Both the position numbers and the translations under genes were made by a program. The notes beneath the pieces were generated by a model that saw nothing but the letters and a program-made list of their open reading frames with translations, made no database searches and was not told the DNA's origin. 64,000 nt of DNA, taken from assembly GCF_009914755.1 (NCBI RefSeq), contig NC_060930.1; one strand, given 5' to 3'. Positions within the stretch are counted from its first letter, which is position 1, and every line of letters begins with the position of its first letter. Shown one piece after another: positions 25,788 through 40,247 of the stretch. Origin of the DNA: the human T2T-CHM13v2.0 reference genome, Homo sapiens.

Positions 25788-26036
25788 TCACAATCATGGT
25801 GGAAGGCAAGGAGGAGCAAGTCACATCTTACGCGGATGGCAGCAGGCAAAAAGAGAGAGCTTGTTCAGGGAAACTCCTAATTATACAACCATCAGATCTC
25901 ATGAGCCTTATTCACTATCACAAGAACAGCACAGGAAAGACCTGCCCCATGATTCAGTAACCTCCCACCGGGTCCCTTCTACAAGATGTTGGAATTCAAG
26001 ATGAGATTTAGGTGGGGACACAGCCAAACCACATCA
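25784..26036 (-). mobile_element. THE1A/B LTR, partial
   Basis: GGCCTCACAATCATGG...GGAGGAGCAAGTCACATCTTAC...GGGGACACAGCCAAACCACATCA. Confidence 0.92.
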
Positions 26037-27835
26037 GAAAAAGTATAACCAAGGATGGGGCCATTCTAACCTTGCATGACTGCACAGATTGTTTGCCCCT
26101 AAAGCTGGCTCTGAAAAAAGTAATAAATCTTTAGTCTAACTCCATACTACTACTTACAATGTAACTAATTTGTGTTGGTCTTTGTACCATACAGATATAA
26201 GACTGAAAGTTTGATTTGATTGCAAATATATAAATGATTTTACATAATATATATAATTTTAAATACACAAAAAGACAAACAATTGAAATAATATTTAGAA
26301 GTGGCTTCAAAAATATATAATTTTTCCATGAAAAGCAAATCGATCTTTCATGATTGATTCATGTTCAACTGTAGAGTGTATTTGAGCATGAGACTCTTTG
26401 TCCTACCTTCTCATGCTACCAGATTTTACTATTTTTTGACATGTTTTCAACATAAAAACCTCTGTTGTGGTGTTGTTGCTTGAAGTAACTTCAAGTAATC
26501 ATTTCTTAAATTAACACTGACTATATACCATCATAAATATTAATGAGTCAGTAAATGCTTCTGTCATTATAATTATGAGACACTCATGCTTGGTTGCCAA
26601 TTGTGGTGACTACACCTAGGTATGTATGCTTGAGGCTAGCTAAAATCAGAAACAAGTTTATAATTCATCATTACAAAATTACATTAAAGAAAAAAGTCAT
26701 TTCCCTTTGATTTTATCATCATATATTTCTTTCAAAAATCATTAATGTGTATAAATGTTAATATAGCTATTCACATTCATGTTGAAAAACTGAAAATCAC
26801 AGGACATATTTCAAATAAAATATAGTTTGAACATAATCCATGGAAGACAGATTATGCTGTGCATAAACTTCTGTAGTCTGTTATTTCTACTTAAGATTAT
26901 ATCTTGAGCATGTCTTTCAAAATAATTAAATGTTACAGACTTGATTTCAGTAGTTAAATTTTGCCCTATTGTATTTTTTTCCATTAACCATTTACTTAAT
27001 GTTATTATTGAACATGTAGGTTACTTCTAATTTTTTACTATTAATAAATTCTGTTATGTGAAATATCTCATATGTGCATCTTGGTTGCATCTATTATTTC
27101 CTAAAATAAAGTTATTGAGATAGGATTGCAATGGTCAAAGGGTAAGAAGCCAAAGCTGGATTACTGGCTCAAAACACTTCTAATACCAAAAAATTTTAAG
27201 ATTATACAATTTACTTTTCTACACAGTGTAAATTTATTTGTTTTAGAAAAATATACAAGTCCTTAACTTACATTGTACACCAAATAAATTCCAGATGAAT
27301 AAATATTTAAAAAAAGATAAATGTAACTGATCTAGTTGAAAACTTAGCTAAATATGTATGTGACCAAAAACAATATTATCACCATGAAAAATATTGATAA
27401 ATACATTATGACAAATTAGAATTAAATGTTTCATTAATAAGTATTTCATAATTACAAATAAAAGACAAAAGAAAAATTGATTTAAGACTGCTTGATCAGT
27501 GAATGGCAATAACATTTAGCATCTTAATAAAAAGTGCCCTTCCAAATAAATAAGAACTAAGAACATCATTAACAGCCCAATAGGTAAAGAAGCAAGGATG
27601 TTCAGATGAATAGGAAATACTGGAAGAGGAAAGGCAAGTATATAGTAATTATATGAAAAATATTTAAGCTCTCTAATAATTAAAGAAATTAAAATAAAAA
27701 CAAAGGACTTTTTGTAAGATTGGTGTCATTGGTAAATGATAATGCCTAAGGCCAGGTGTAGATCTGATAAAAAATAATCTTCAAGGACAATTAAGCGCAT
27801 GTATTAAATATCTTCCAAAAAAAATCTTAGGAATT

Positions 27836-28148
<313 letters not shown>

Positions 28149-28322
28149 TTACTTAAGAAAAAAAAATTAAGTTCATGTAGAGATTTATCCACAGTAATGC
28201 TTTGATATATAGTAATAATAACCTGGAAAGAGCCCAAATGCCTGGTAATAGAAAATTGGTAAAATTAACTGTGGTCTATCCACATAATATCATGCAGTGT
28301 TATCATTAAAACAGTTTCACAA

Positions 28323-28629
28323 GGTCGGGCCTGGCGACTTATGCCTGAAATCCTAGCACTTTGGGAGACTGAGGCAGGTGGATTGCTTGACCTCAGGAGT
28401 TCAAGACCAGCCTGGGCAAAATGGTGAAACCCTGTCTCCACAAAAAAAACAAAAATTAGCTCAGCATGGTGGCTCCCACCTGTAGTCCCAACTACCTGGG
28501 GGCCTGAGGTGGGAGAATCACTTGAACTCAGGAAGTGGAGGTTGCAGTGAGCCAAGATCACACCACTGCCACTATACTACAGTGTGGGCGACAGAGTGAG
28601 AGTCTGTCTCGAATAATAATAATAATAAT
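28323..28629 (+). mobile_element. AluJ-like with (AAT)n tail
   Basis: GATTGCTTGA.C.CAGGAGTTCAAGACCAGCCTGGGCAA and GAGGTGGGAG.ATCACTTGA J-type features. Confidence 0.9.
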
Positions 28630-29494
28630 TTCAAAAAATATGTTTTAAGACATGAGAAGGCATTTGCAATTAGCTAAGTGAAAGTAGATTACAAGGTCCA
28701 TTGATATTCAAACATCCATACATTTATTTAACAAAACAAAGACTGACATTTTACAGACCAAAATATTAGCATGGTTTTTCTTTTCTTTTTGCCCTTTCGA
28801 GTTTTCTTAAAACGTATGTATTCCTCTTATAATTTTAAGTTTCTAGTCTTTTATTTCAAAACTCCCTCTGCAACTGCTAAGAAACATATTAACAAAGTAT
28901 AAACAGCACAAGCCTAGAACGAGAGTGTGGGAAACTTTTGCTAGTATCATTTTACAGAGGTCCTTATTTCTGGAACAGAAACATATTTAGAATCCAATCC
29001 TAGCAAACTTATTCTCCAGTTTGAGAAGAATAACTGTTACATTTCCATGATAAAAGAACAAGCTGATGTGATGTTTGTAGTGTGTTGCAGACATTTGTCT
29101 GGTGCAATTGTGTTAAGCAAGCTCTAATCTGCTCCTACATACATTGTATCTTTCTCTAAAAGGAAGAATACAGAATAAATTGAAAATTGTCATTCTTAGC
29201 AAGTACCAGAGCAGTACTTTTCCCCATTGTTCTTTTTTAAGGCCTTTTAATACTCGAGATTACAACCTCTGGGGTGTGGTTCTTTACTAGTTATCCTTTC
29301 TTATTTTCAGGTGGTGGCAGTCTTTGAATGTGGGCAGAAATACTGGTAAACGGGAGGGGAGAGAAGGGATGTTTCCTAGTTGTGTCATAGTCACTGAAGC
29401 TGCCATTTTAGAATTTCATCTGTGTGGGAATCCAGGACTCAGCTCCTTTCATAACCTTAATTAAATAGTTAAGAAGACCCAGAAAAAGATAAAA

Positions 29495-30005
29495 TCCCCA
29501 AAATGGTTCCCAGTGATTTTTGCCTTGTAATGTTCATGCCTCCATGTAATCTTCTCTCGCAATGAATAGGGCTGACTCTATAACCAATAGGATATTGCAG
29601 AAATGACAGAATGTGACTTCGGAGGCCAGGTAATAAAAGATACTGTGGCTTCTGCCTTGTTCTCTCTTGCCTCACTGACTCTGAGGGAAGATAGCCGCCA
29701 TACTGGGAGAACATTCAAGCAGCCTTACAGAAAGATGAAGTCTCCTGTCTACAGTCTGCATCAATTTGCAATCCACATGAGCCATCTTAGAAACTGATTC
29801 TCCACCTGCAGTAGGTCTTCACATAGCTGCAACTTCGTATAACATGCTAGATGCAATTTCATGAGAAACCCCAAGTAAGGACCTCTCTCATCTGAGCCAC
29901 TCACAAATCCCTGACTCATAGAACCAGTGTGGGATAATATATGTTTATTGTTTGAAGCTGAAAGGTTTGCAGTTATTTGTTACACAGCAATAGCTAAGTA
30001 ATACA
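29495..30005 (+). mobile_element. MLT1F-like LTR
   Basis: TAACCAATAGGATATTGCAGAAATGA...TGTGACTTC...TTTGTTACACAGCAATAG..AA.TAATACA. Confidence 0.85.
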
Positions 30006-30369
30006 ATGTGTAATAAACAATCTAATACATAAATTTCAGGATGCTTCCCTACCTTGAGACAAGATAAAAGTACTTACTTTCCTACTGCATAGAAGATTGT
30101 AACACCGACTGTGTTTGAGTATGAACATGAGAAAAAAAATGGATCTTAGTATGAAGCAAACACTGATAAAAGAGAAAGGAGACAGAAACTGGGACCTTGA
30201 TGACATTACTGAGGCCTTGAAATAAGTCAGCACTTTTATGGAATTTCTAAATTTGTGAAAGAATAAATACCTTTACCTTTAAATCATGAGACCAGTTTCA
30301 GTTGCATTTTTAATTATTTCCAGCACAACACTGCCTAGCTGGTACAAAATGTACATATAGTCTCTCAAA

Positions 30370-30855
30370 ACATGCTTTCATTCTCCCACGACCACCTGAC
30401 TTCCATCCTCTTCCATGCTCAAACACATACATATCTAATGCATCTGTCCTCTTTGGTGAGCCCAAAGAAACTTAAACATGCTACATTCTTTCATATTCCC
30501 ATCGTTTTGCACTTGCTTTCCACTCTCCCTAGAAAGCCCTTTATTCACTTGCTAATTTCTTACAAATTTAAGATCCAGTTAAATAGTGATCTTCTCGTGC
30601 ATGTTCCTGGACTCATCCTGGAAGAATTAGATATTTCCTTCTATCTTATCACCTGGCATTTTAATCAAATCTCTATTATAATATTTTCTATACTATACTA
30701 TATTACGTATCATTCTGTCTTCTTTTCCTACTATTTTCTAATAACCTTGAGAGCAAGAACCATTTCTAATTCAACTTTCTAGCTCAGGAGTTTAGCTAAG
30801 CACTTGACAGATGGCAGATGTTCATTCAAAAGTTTTTGAATTAATCAATTGATTA
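30370..30855 (+). mobile_element. L2 3' fragment
   Basis: TTTGCACTTGCT...CCTAGAA.GCCCT...AGCACTTGACAGATGGCAGATGTTCA...TGAATTAAT. Confidence 0.6.
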
Positions 30856-30946
30856 AAAGTGCTCTACACATATAAGTAGTGCTATCCTAACATAAAGTAT
30901 ACGAATTAGCACCAATGCTAAATTTGAAAAATCTTGGCCCCTATGG

Positions 30947-31500
30947 CAGTGATTCTCAAATGTTAGTGTCTGCAAAAATTGCTCAGAATGCTTAATAAAA
31001 TGCCAATTCCCAAAGACCCACCACTAGAAATTCTGATTCAATATTTGTTAGACACAGGGATCCATCTTGGTGTTCCTCATTTACTAATCCTGTAAGCTCG
31101 GGAATATAACTTCACCTCTCTGTTCATCCATTTCTCCATCTGCAAAGTGGGGATGCTAATATTACCTATATTGTTTGATCATATTGTCTTATTTGTCAGG
31201 AAATAAATAATAAATGAGAAAAATTGGCATAGAGCCTAAAAAATAGGTATCTGAAAAACAATATTACGTATGGGTAAGCACATAAATGCTAGAGCCAAAT
31301 TTCCTGGGTTTCAATCATGGCTCTGGTCTCGCAACTGTGTATTTTAACCTCTGGGTCTCTGTTCTCTCAATTGTAAAATGAGAATGATAATAATACCAAT
31401 CTTATGGGATTGTTATGAGAATTAAAACGAGTTAAAAAAATACATACAAAGTTCTTAGAACAGTGCCCGGTACACAGTAAGCATTACATGGTCTTGCTAG
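30947..31500 (+). mobile_element. MER5B-like fragment followed by two MIR fragments
   Basis: CAGTGATTCTCAAA...AGAAATTCTGATTCA; CATCTGCAAAGTGGGGAT; TGTAAAATGAGAATGATAATA...CTTAGAACAGTGCCCGG.ACA.AGTAAGC. Confidence 0.7.
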
Positions 31501-32197
31501 TCCTATTATTTTAGAGTCATTAAAGCTTTCTTGTAGAATATTTGTCCAGTGGTAGTCCTATTTTTCTTTCCTCAGTTAAGAATATGTGCAGCTTCTTTTG
31601 AGAGGACCTCCACTTTTCAGCAACAGACACAAGCTATGCTTTCCTGAGCCACAGCAAATACCTACAAGCTAGAGTCCCCAGCAGCCTCCTGGAATGTCTA
31701 TACTCCCTGGCTTCCACAGACCTAACCACAGATGTGGACCTTAGAACAGGGTCATTGAAAGGCTCAGTTCATCTTTTTATTTGAGGGCATATGGTCAACT
31801 CCAAATTGTTGTGTGTTGTTATTTTGTTGTTTTTGTGAGAGACTTGAATTCTACTTCCAAATAGATGCTCAGAACCCAGAAAAGAATTTATAAAGTAAAG
31901 AAAGGTAAGAATCCAACTTTACTTTGATTAAGGAAGAGATCCATTCATCTGAAAATGTTTGAGGTATAGTAAACATCTACATTATAATTGAAATTAAGTA
32001 AATATGCACATATTAGTCAACTGAACAGAGAACTGACTAGAAGAACTCCCATCTTTATATGATGTTTATATACTATAGTTGTTGTTTGGTCAGTTGGCAT
32101 ATCTTACAAGAGCTAGTGAGTTCTTATAATCCTGCTAGGTGTCTGGTGCCACCAATATCAATGCCTGTAAGCACACTGCCTCACTGCCTCTCAAATA

Positions 32198-32546
32198 CAG
32201 TCAGACTTTATTTAACAGTGGGTGTACATTCTGAGAAATGAGTTAGGTGATTTTTGTCATTGTGTAAACATGATAAAGTGTATTTACACAACCTAGATGT
32301 CATAGTCGACTATATGCCTAGGCTATATGATACAGCCTTTTGTTTCTAGACTGCAAACCTAAACAGCGTGTGACTGTACTGAATACTAACTGTAGGCAAT
32401 TGCAACATAATGGTAAATATTTGTGTATCTAAACTTATCTAAGTATGGAAAAGGTACAGGAAAAATACCGTATTATAATCTTATGGGACCATCATTGTAT
32501 ACATGGTCTGTCATTAACCAAAATGTTCTTATGTGATGCATGACTG
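32198..32546. mobile_element. Tigger3a (MER7A-type) MITE
   Basis: TA|CAGTCA...TGACTG|TA termini with TA TSD, 349 bp, CATTCTGAGAAATG and TATAATCTTATGGGACCA motifs. Confidence 0.9.
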
Positions 32547-33512
32547 TACATAATATTCAAGGAACCATGATACACTCTGTGAAAGGAACAAGACATGGAA
32601 CACTAGCTCTTCGCTGTACTGTAATTTTATATTTACATATATGCACACATAAGTACGCATCAGCAATTGATGCTTTATGATAAAATATTCTAAGGTTTAC
32701 CTTTATGTGAAAGTATGATATATATTTATGTGTTCTCTCTGTAACTTTCCTGCTGATATGGGCAGATTTACGTTTAAGAGAAGATGGCAGATCAGGCAGA
32801 TCAGAGTAATCTAATGGTAAGGCAGACTGACACTTACAGGAATCTCATCAAAGGCATCTAAAGATTTAAAAATAAGCAGCTCTCGGCTGTCCAGCTGATA
32901 ACACGTAACATAGCACTCATGTAATACAGCACTGTATCAGAAATGTTTAGAATAATCAATGCCACTCATGTAATATAGCACTGCCACTCACGTAATGCAG
33001 CACTGTATGAGACATATTTAGAAGAATCAATGATTTTTAAATTAAAATGTGAAATAAGATAATTATTTTTTATATGTCTTGAGAGGTCACAAGGTGGAGA
33101 GGTAGATATAACTTTCTGCTAGGAAGCAGAGGTTCACCTTCCCCAGTATGCCAGCTAAGAGACCCTAGGCACACTCACCCCTGCATCCAAGCCAGAATCA
33201 TTTCAAAAATACCTTACCTAGATGAAGGTTTGGAGCAGGGTCAAATTATTTCTTAAAGTCTATTCTAATTTTAGCCTCCATGATAACTGTATTATCATAT
33301 TTTTTCATTTAAAAGAAACATACCAATATCAATATTAGTAATATTGTATATATTTTAAAATTCATAATTCATAATGTATACATATGGAGGTCACCTCTGT
33401 AGATTTTTGCGTGTATTCCTTTTACAAGCATTTGATCACAGATCTCTCTCCCCTACTAAAATGAAAATTCCTTAGAAACAAGGTAAATGTCTCATAAATC
33501 TTTATTACTTCC

Positions 33513-34131
33513 TGTGCCAGTTATTAAGATAGGGTGTCTCAGCTTCAAACCCCGCCTTCAACACTCTGCTGTGTGGGGCTGAAAGAGGGACTTCCCTGGT
33601 CCACTGGCTGGCTGTTAGGCTGTAAGTCCAGAGAGGGTGCTGGAGGGAGACAGAGAGGCTTAAGGGAGAAGTGGGAGAAATTCCTTCCTATTTTCTTTCC
33701 TATTCCTTTTTTGTTGGTGCTGCCTTTTTGAATCGAACCCTAACCAATTTTGTTCAACAGGATAAAGGCTATTTGTTTTGCTAGCAACAATTAATTTTAG
33801 ACTGAAATTTTTCTAACCCATGTTAGAACTAGACCCTGCGCCTTCCTTGGAGACACTATCCACAGAGCAGTGACCCCTCCTCAGAGGTCAAATCAATTCC
33901 AGCGTCCCACCTCCAAACTTCCGGGCTTCAGTAATTTCAACTTCAGCTCTTTGTTCCTCAACCCTAGGAGTACTAACTGCTTCCTATTGCTCCCTGCATG
34001 AGGTCTAAGTGCTCCATTGTTTTTCTGTCTGTTCATTAATACCTGTTTTACAATTCTTTATATGAAATTATCTGTGCTCAAATGGTAGATGTGGCATTGT
34101 ATGTACTGTTGACCAGATGCTAACTGGTACT
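33513..34131 (+). mobile_element. LTR33-like ERVL LTR inserted in L2
   Basis: TGTGCCAGTTATTAA...TCTCAGCT.CAAA.CC.CC.TTC start; TTTATATGAAATT.TCTGTG.TCAAAT...CTAACTGGTAC end. Confidence 0.65.
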
Positions 34132-34660
34132 TGTTAATACCTAGCCCCACGCCTGGAATAGAGGCATCTACATCTTAGTTGCACGAATGAATGTCCTATT
34201 ACTGCATTTTCAATACAGTATGATACAGCTTTTATTCAACTGTGGCTTGTGCCCTTTCTGCATCATAAACTCTACATCTTGTCACACAAAGCATTCAACT
34301 CCAAGGCACATTTTCAATCTTCTAAGGCTCACAAAATTTCTTTGAAAAGTATTAGATGCTGACAGTTTTTTCCCCACCTCTTTTAGTTTTAACTCATGAA
34401 TTGTTGAAATACAGTCCAATCAACTGGGCGAGGACATAAATGCACTACCATTTCGTTCTTCTATACTTCAGACTATTTTATATTAGCATCTTATTAACCA
34501 TCTCTTCGTCTTGTCGACATAATATTTTAAGTGCAACTACACTTCTGTTACTAAAATTGACCAAGATAGAAACTGAATTACATATGCTCTGCCTCTTCCT
34601 GTTGCTGTCTTAGGAACAACTGCAAGCAAAGGGTAGAATATCCAGAAACAAGTAGAGGAG

Positions 34661-35068
34661 GCACACACACACACGCACACACACATGCACACATAAACAG
34701 ACACACATACAGATGCATACACACATGTGCATACACACACATGCACATGCGCATGTGCACATACACACATACAAACACATGTACATACACACGTGCACAC
34801 AAACACATGCACACATATACACATGCAGATGCATACACAATCACATGTGCATGCACAAGTGTACACACAACCACGCACGTGCACATACATGTGCACATAC
34901 ATACGCACATACACAGGCGCACACGCGCACACACGTGCACACATAAACATGCATACACACACATGCACAGAAACATGCACACACCTGCACACACATGCAT
35001 ACACACAGACACATACAGATGCACACAGACACATACAGATGCACATATATACACACACACATATATAT
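34661..35068. repeat. Degenerate (CA)/(CACATG)n alternating purine-pyrimidine tract, ~400 bp
   Basis: Seen directly; source of the H/T- and C/V-rich ORFs at 34537-35260. Confidence 0.97.
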
Positions 35069-35860
35069 GTGCTTAAAAGAAACTTTCAGAGCAAAGAGTG
35101 TAGGAAATGTACTTTTAATGCAACAGGAAAAAGAAGCATAGCAGCAGATGGAGAAATCAACAGATGTTGGCTAACCTGGCACCTAAAAACATCAGAGATG
35201 ATTTTATTTTATACGATATGGATAACTAAGAATTGTTTTAGAATCCACTTCAACTTGTGAAAAAAAAAAGCAGTGCTGTGAGAGAGAACATTCTTAGAGG
35301 AAGGTCGCAGTCATAAACATGGTGCAAGATTTTTTTGTTTTTGTTTTCTTTTTTCATTAGTTATGGAATTTCTGCTGCCTTCATTCTCATGCTCATCAGA
35401 TCTCCCTTCTCTCACTAAGGCAACCTAGTTCTTTTGGTTACAGGATAATCCACCCCCATAAAATTTTTTCTTTCCTATTATTTCTTTCCCTCCCAGATAA
35501 AGATTTTACCTCTTCATTATCAAAAACAGTTCTTCCCAATATAGCCATGTCAACTTCTAGTCATTGTGTATTTCATGTGTATCTGCATTTTTTTGTTACT
35601 ACAGACATCTGAATTTTTCAAAAATCCATAAATGTTTGTCAACTTAAGAACTGTGGGCTATATTTTATTCTTACAAACAAATGCTAATAGTTCCTGACAA
35701 TTGCATTGTGCTTTATCCATTTCAATGCCATTTCCCATAAAAATAATTTATTTTATTCTCATGACTCTGTGAAACAGACAAAGCAGATAAATTGTAGACT
35801 TCTAGAGCAGGAGAAAAACATGGAGAACGCCCAGTACAAAGTATCCATGACCTTCACTAT

Positions 35861-35940
35861 CCTTTCTCTCTCTTTCTGTCTCTCTCTCTCTCTCATTTGC
35901 TCTCCTCACTCTTGCTCTCGCTTTCTCTCTCTCTCTCTCC
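35861..35940. repeat. (CT)n-rich tract
   Basis: Seen directly. Confidence 0.85.
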
Positions 35941-37766
35941 ATGGCATAACAACAAATCTAAAATTAATCTGGTACTAGAGTTGGTTAATTGAGTTGCCAG
36001 CAATATCTTCAAAAACCAGGTACTGTATCATTTTTTGTTCTCCATCTTTACATTATAGACCCACATCTTAGGAGTTTGGCTACAGCAGGTTTCAGGCATC
36101 AATGCCTCTCCAATTTATAATATAATCAAAGATCAAAATAGAAGACTGTATAGCCTCTTCTCGTGTTCCATTTTAACAGCAATGATTCTTTCTAGATAAG
36201 TTCTCTTCAGATCACACTGGACAGATGGCATCATATGCCCATTAGTAACCCAAGTGCCACCAAGGGGCATCGAATTTATATGACTGTCTTAGAGAAATAA
36301 AGCTGAAGCTCTTGGTTGCCCAGGCTCTAAAGAATGCTGGGGTTCCATTTTCCAGGCTATTTTGAAGGAGTGTGACTGTTGTGTAGGCACTAAGTAACAC
36401 CTGACTCATTAATGAAAACATAAGACTCTCTTCATCTGAAAAGCCTATTTACATATTTATAGATACTCTTTTAATAATTATTGTCTGTGGTCATTTCACA
36501 GTTAAAATTTTTCAGTACTGACTTTAAGATTATTCAAACTCTATCATCTTTAATAAAATTATTACAAATAATTTCTCCTATATATGCTTGATAGCCATAT
36601 GAACCCTGTTTGAATATTTCACAATATTGAGAAGTATTTATTTTATTAAGCAATTCTAATTATCCAGCAGGGCCTCTTTATATGTTACCTTATAAATGAA
36701 AGTAACAAACTTGCTGAGCATCAACTGTGCATCCCCGATAACTTCCAACTGTTATTTCTTTGGACTCCTTCTGGACAAACACAGGAGAAATCTAATTTTC
36801 CTTCCATATATGACTATGCTCCTTTAAGGTGAGGCCAGAAGAAATAAAGCAGCTTGCTTAAGACCTTGTGGATACTTCCTAGCAGCACTGAAATGACAAG
36901 TCCTCTATATTATGTAATTTATCACCCTGCTTTTTTAGGTATCTATAGATACATTCATTTTCCTCCAACCATCTGACTAGTGCTTGTTGTATCTTCTTGA
37001 TGTTACAAGTTTTCAAAAGAGAGCACATGATATCAAATAAAGAACTGTGGTTAAATTATTCTGCTACTGAGGGATGTCAAAACAGAATTTGCCATTGATA
37101 GTGCTGAAAGTGCAATTCTCATCTCCCCTGTCTTTTCTTTATGTATTCCAAACTATAATTTAATTTCTCCAGTGGTTGCTTTGTCCCTGAGTTTAGCCAT
37201 GACAGATGCAGCCAAGTGAAAAGGAGGTTGCTGGATTTTGTCTGCATGAGCTCAAAAACCTGAGGACAGCAATAATCTGTAATAACATCCCGAGGTAATA
37301 CTTCTAGAGAAACAGATTCCAGGTTGAATTACTGTCAATGTTTTCCTGCATATCAGCAAGATAAACTGATATTTGTTTTAATACTTTTCCACTGTCTGAA
37401 ACTATAGGTATTAGTGATAGGAGACTAATAAATTATCACAATATGCTAATTTAAAAAATTGATTTGCATAACAAATGTTGATTTGTATATAATTAAAATG
37501 CACTTTTTTTATTTTTCCTGAGAAACAGAAAAAGAAATAAACTTTAAATGCATCAAAGTGCAGAAAGGTGTTTGCTCAAGAAGTGGAGTCAGCATTGAAA
37601 AGAGAAATGAGGACTTCCTTATTTCTACCATGGTTAGTCAAATTTCTGTAGAAACAATCATTCATTGGACCATCCCACATGACCAAGACAGGAATAGGGT
37701 ACAAGCAACCAGAACATTCCAATTTTTCCATTTATTTTGATTAATAATGTCTCATTGCTTACACTA

Positions 37767-38279
<513 letters not shown>

Positions 38280-39039
38280 TCACCACCAAGTACTTCTTTT
38301 CCCTTTTCCATTCTTTAGTAATTATTTCTTAACCCATCTGTTTCTCTATGGTGAACTAAAATATATTTATATTCAATTATGTATTCAACCAATAAATCAT
38401 TGATTTTTTATTCCTTGTATACAGTATATTTTCTATTTTCTTGCATAGTGACCTTAAGTCATTTGTTCAATTTATCTTTCTTAAGGAAACTGCCACTCTT
38501 CCAACCTACATAATTCAGGGGAACTATGAAATAATGCAACACACAAACTTTAGCTTTGGGAGTAGGCTTAGAGCCTGGCCCTGGCTAATCAGAATGTTTC
38601 CATAAGATTTGCTCCGAAAACATTTGGAAGGAAAAGATCTTCTCTCTTCCTTTGTGATTAAAGTTGTAAAGATTACATGAGCCCGAGGCTACCAGCAGAT
38701 ATATTACCATTCCTAAAGGGAGGTATGACTAAGGGTAAATCCAAGCAGAGACAAAGAGATCTAAGAGATACTGAGAAATAAAGATGGAAACGGAGAAAGA
38801 GATCAAAAATAAAGAATCCACAAAATTATCTGAAATTCTGTATCCTCTATATGCAAGAAGCTACACTCCTCTCCCTTGGATTTGTGAAAAATAGGCATAA
38901 AAGTACATCCCTCACCCCTACTCCACCTCCAATACACACAAATATCTGATTTTACTTGGAGTTTTTCGTATTTGAAACAACAGCATCCACTTTAGATAAG
39001 TAACACATGTAATAGCTCTTGCTTTTAAAAGAATGTAAA

Positions 39040-39640
39040 GACTAATAGTGGAAACAGGCCTATAAACAGATACATGTGAATATAGTATGAAGCAGTGCTG
39101 GAAGGATGGATAAGATATATATTGAGAAAGGGTAGAGAAGTTAATGTTCAACTATAACTGAGGTGGTGAAGAAACGCTTCAAATGAGATGTAACACTAAG
39201 GCTGATTCTGTAACTATAAAAAGGAATTTAAAATGAGAACTGGCTCAGAAAAAATGTAAGACAGTCCATAAAAAAGAACCAGCAAGAGAAAATCCAGGGA
39301 CAACAGAAAAGCATTATATATCAAGAAAAATAAAACAGTTACTTATAGGTACAGCAAAGAAACACAAAAGAGTAGTTTCAGAGCAAGGATCATTGTGACT
39401 TTAAGGTGCTAATTGGGTATCCGTACATAAATGTCCAGGAGGCCATTTTCTGCATGGATCTAGAACTTAAGAAATCTTGGCTAGGGACAGATTTGAGTCT
39501 TCACAGAACAGCGGGCAGTTATAAATGTGGGATACAATGAGACAGCCCAGAGGAAGTGAAGGGAGTAAAGTGAGAAAAGTGTGAAGGAGACCAACCTGTG
39601 TATAAGTGCTGAGCGTTCATAGAGGAAAAAGCCAAGACTC
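39040..39640 (-). mobile_element. L2 fragment
   Basis: Antisense L2 motifs TGACTTTAAGGTGCT...AATGTCCAGGAGGC...GGATCTAGAACT...AGATTTGAG. Confidence 0.55.
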
Positions 39641-39839
39641 TGGCAGAACTGGACTCACTGGGCTTCCTTGGTATTGCAGAATTTTCAGAGACCCAGACCC
39701 TTAGAATGAAAACTTTTATTTTCTTCACAATCAAGATCTAACTATCACAATCCCAATACCTCTCTCTCCACAGTTCGCCCTCCTGCCACTACCATCAATG
39801 GGGTCTCTTGAGTTTTTAGATTTTAAATCATTTTTTAGC

Positions 39840-40145
39840 GGCCGGGCATGGTGGCTCACACCTGTAATCCCAGCACTTTGGGAGGCCGAGGCAGGCAGAT
39901 CACAAGGTCAGGAGATCGAGACCCTCCTGGCCAACATGGTGAAACCCCTCTCTACTAAAAATACAAAAATTAGCTGGGTGTGGTAGCGCTTGCCTGTAAT
40001 CCCAGCTACTCGGGAGCCTGAGGCAGGATAACCGTTTGAACAAGGGAGTCAGAGGTTGCAGTGAGCCGAGATCGTGCCACTGCACTCCAGCCTGGTGACA
40101 GAGGGAGACTACGTCTCAAAAAAAATAAAAATAAAAATAAAAATA
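39840..40145 (+). mobile_element. AluSc
   Basis: GATCAC.AGGTCAGGAGATCGAGACC.TCCTGGCCAACATGG and CCTGG-TGACAG; TSD atcattttttagc/atcattttttggc. Confidence 0.93.
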
Positions 40146-40247
40146 TATCATTTTTTGGCACAGTTATCTACTATTTTATTGTGTCTCTTTTGGTCTTTGA
40201 CTTCTGGACTTCCAATTCCCTGCAGCTTCAGTAAACTGGGCCCTTAA

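Noticed and set aside
34537-35260. Long Cys/Val- and His/Thr-rich ORFs (up to 177 aa), superficially metal-binding
   Set aside because: Translations of the degenerate CA repeat, open in most frames, which is a compositional artefact.
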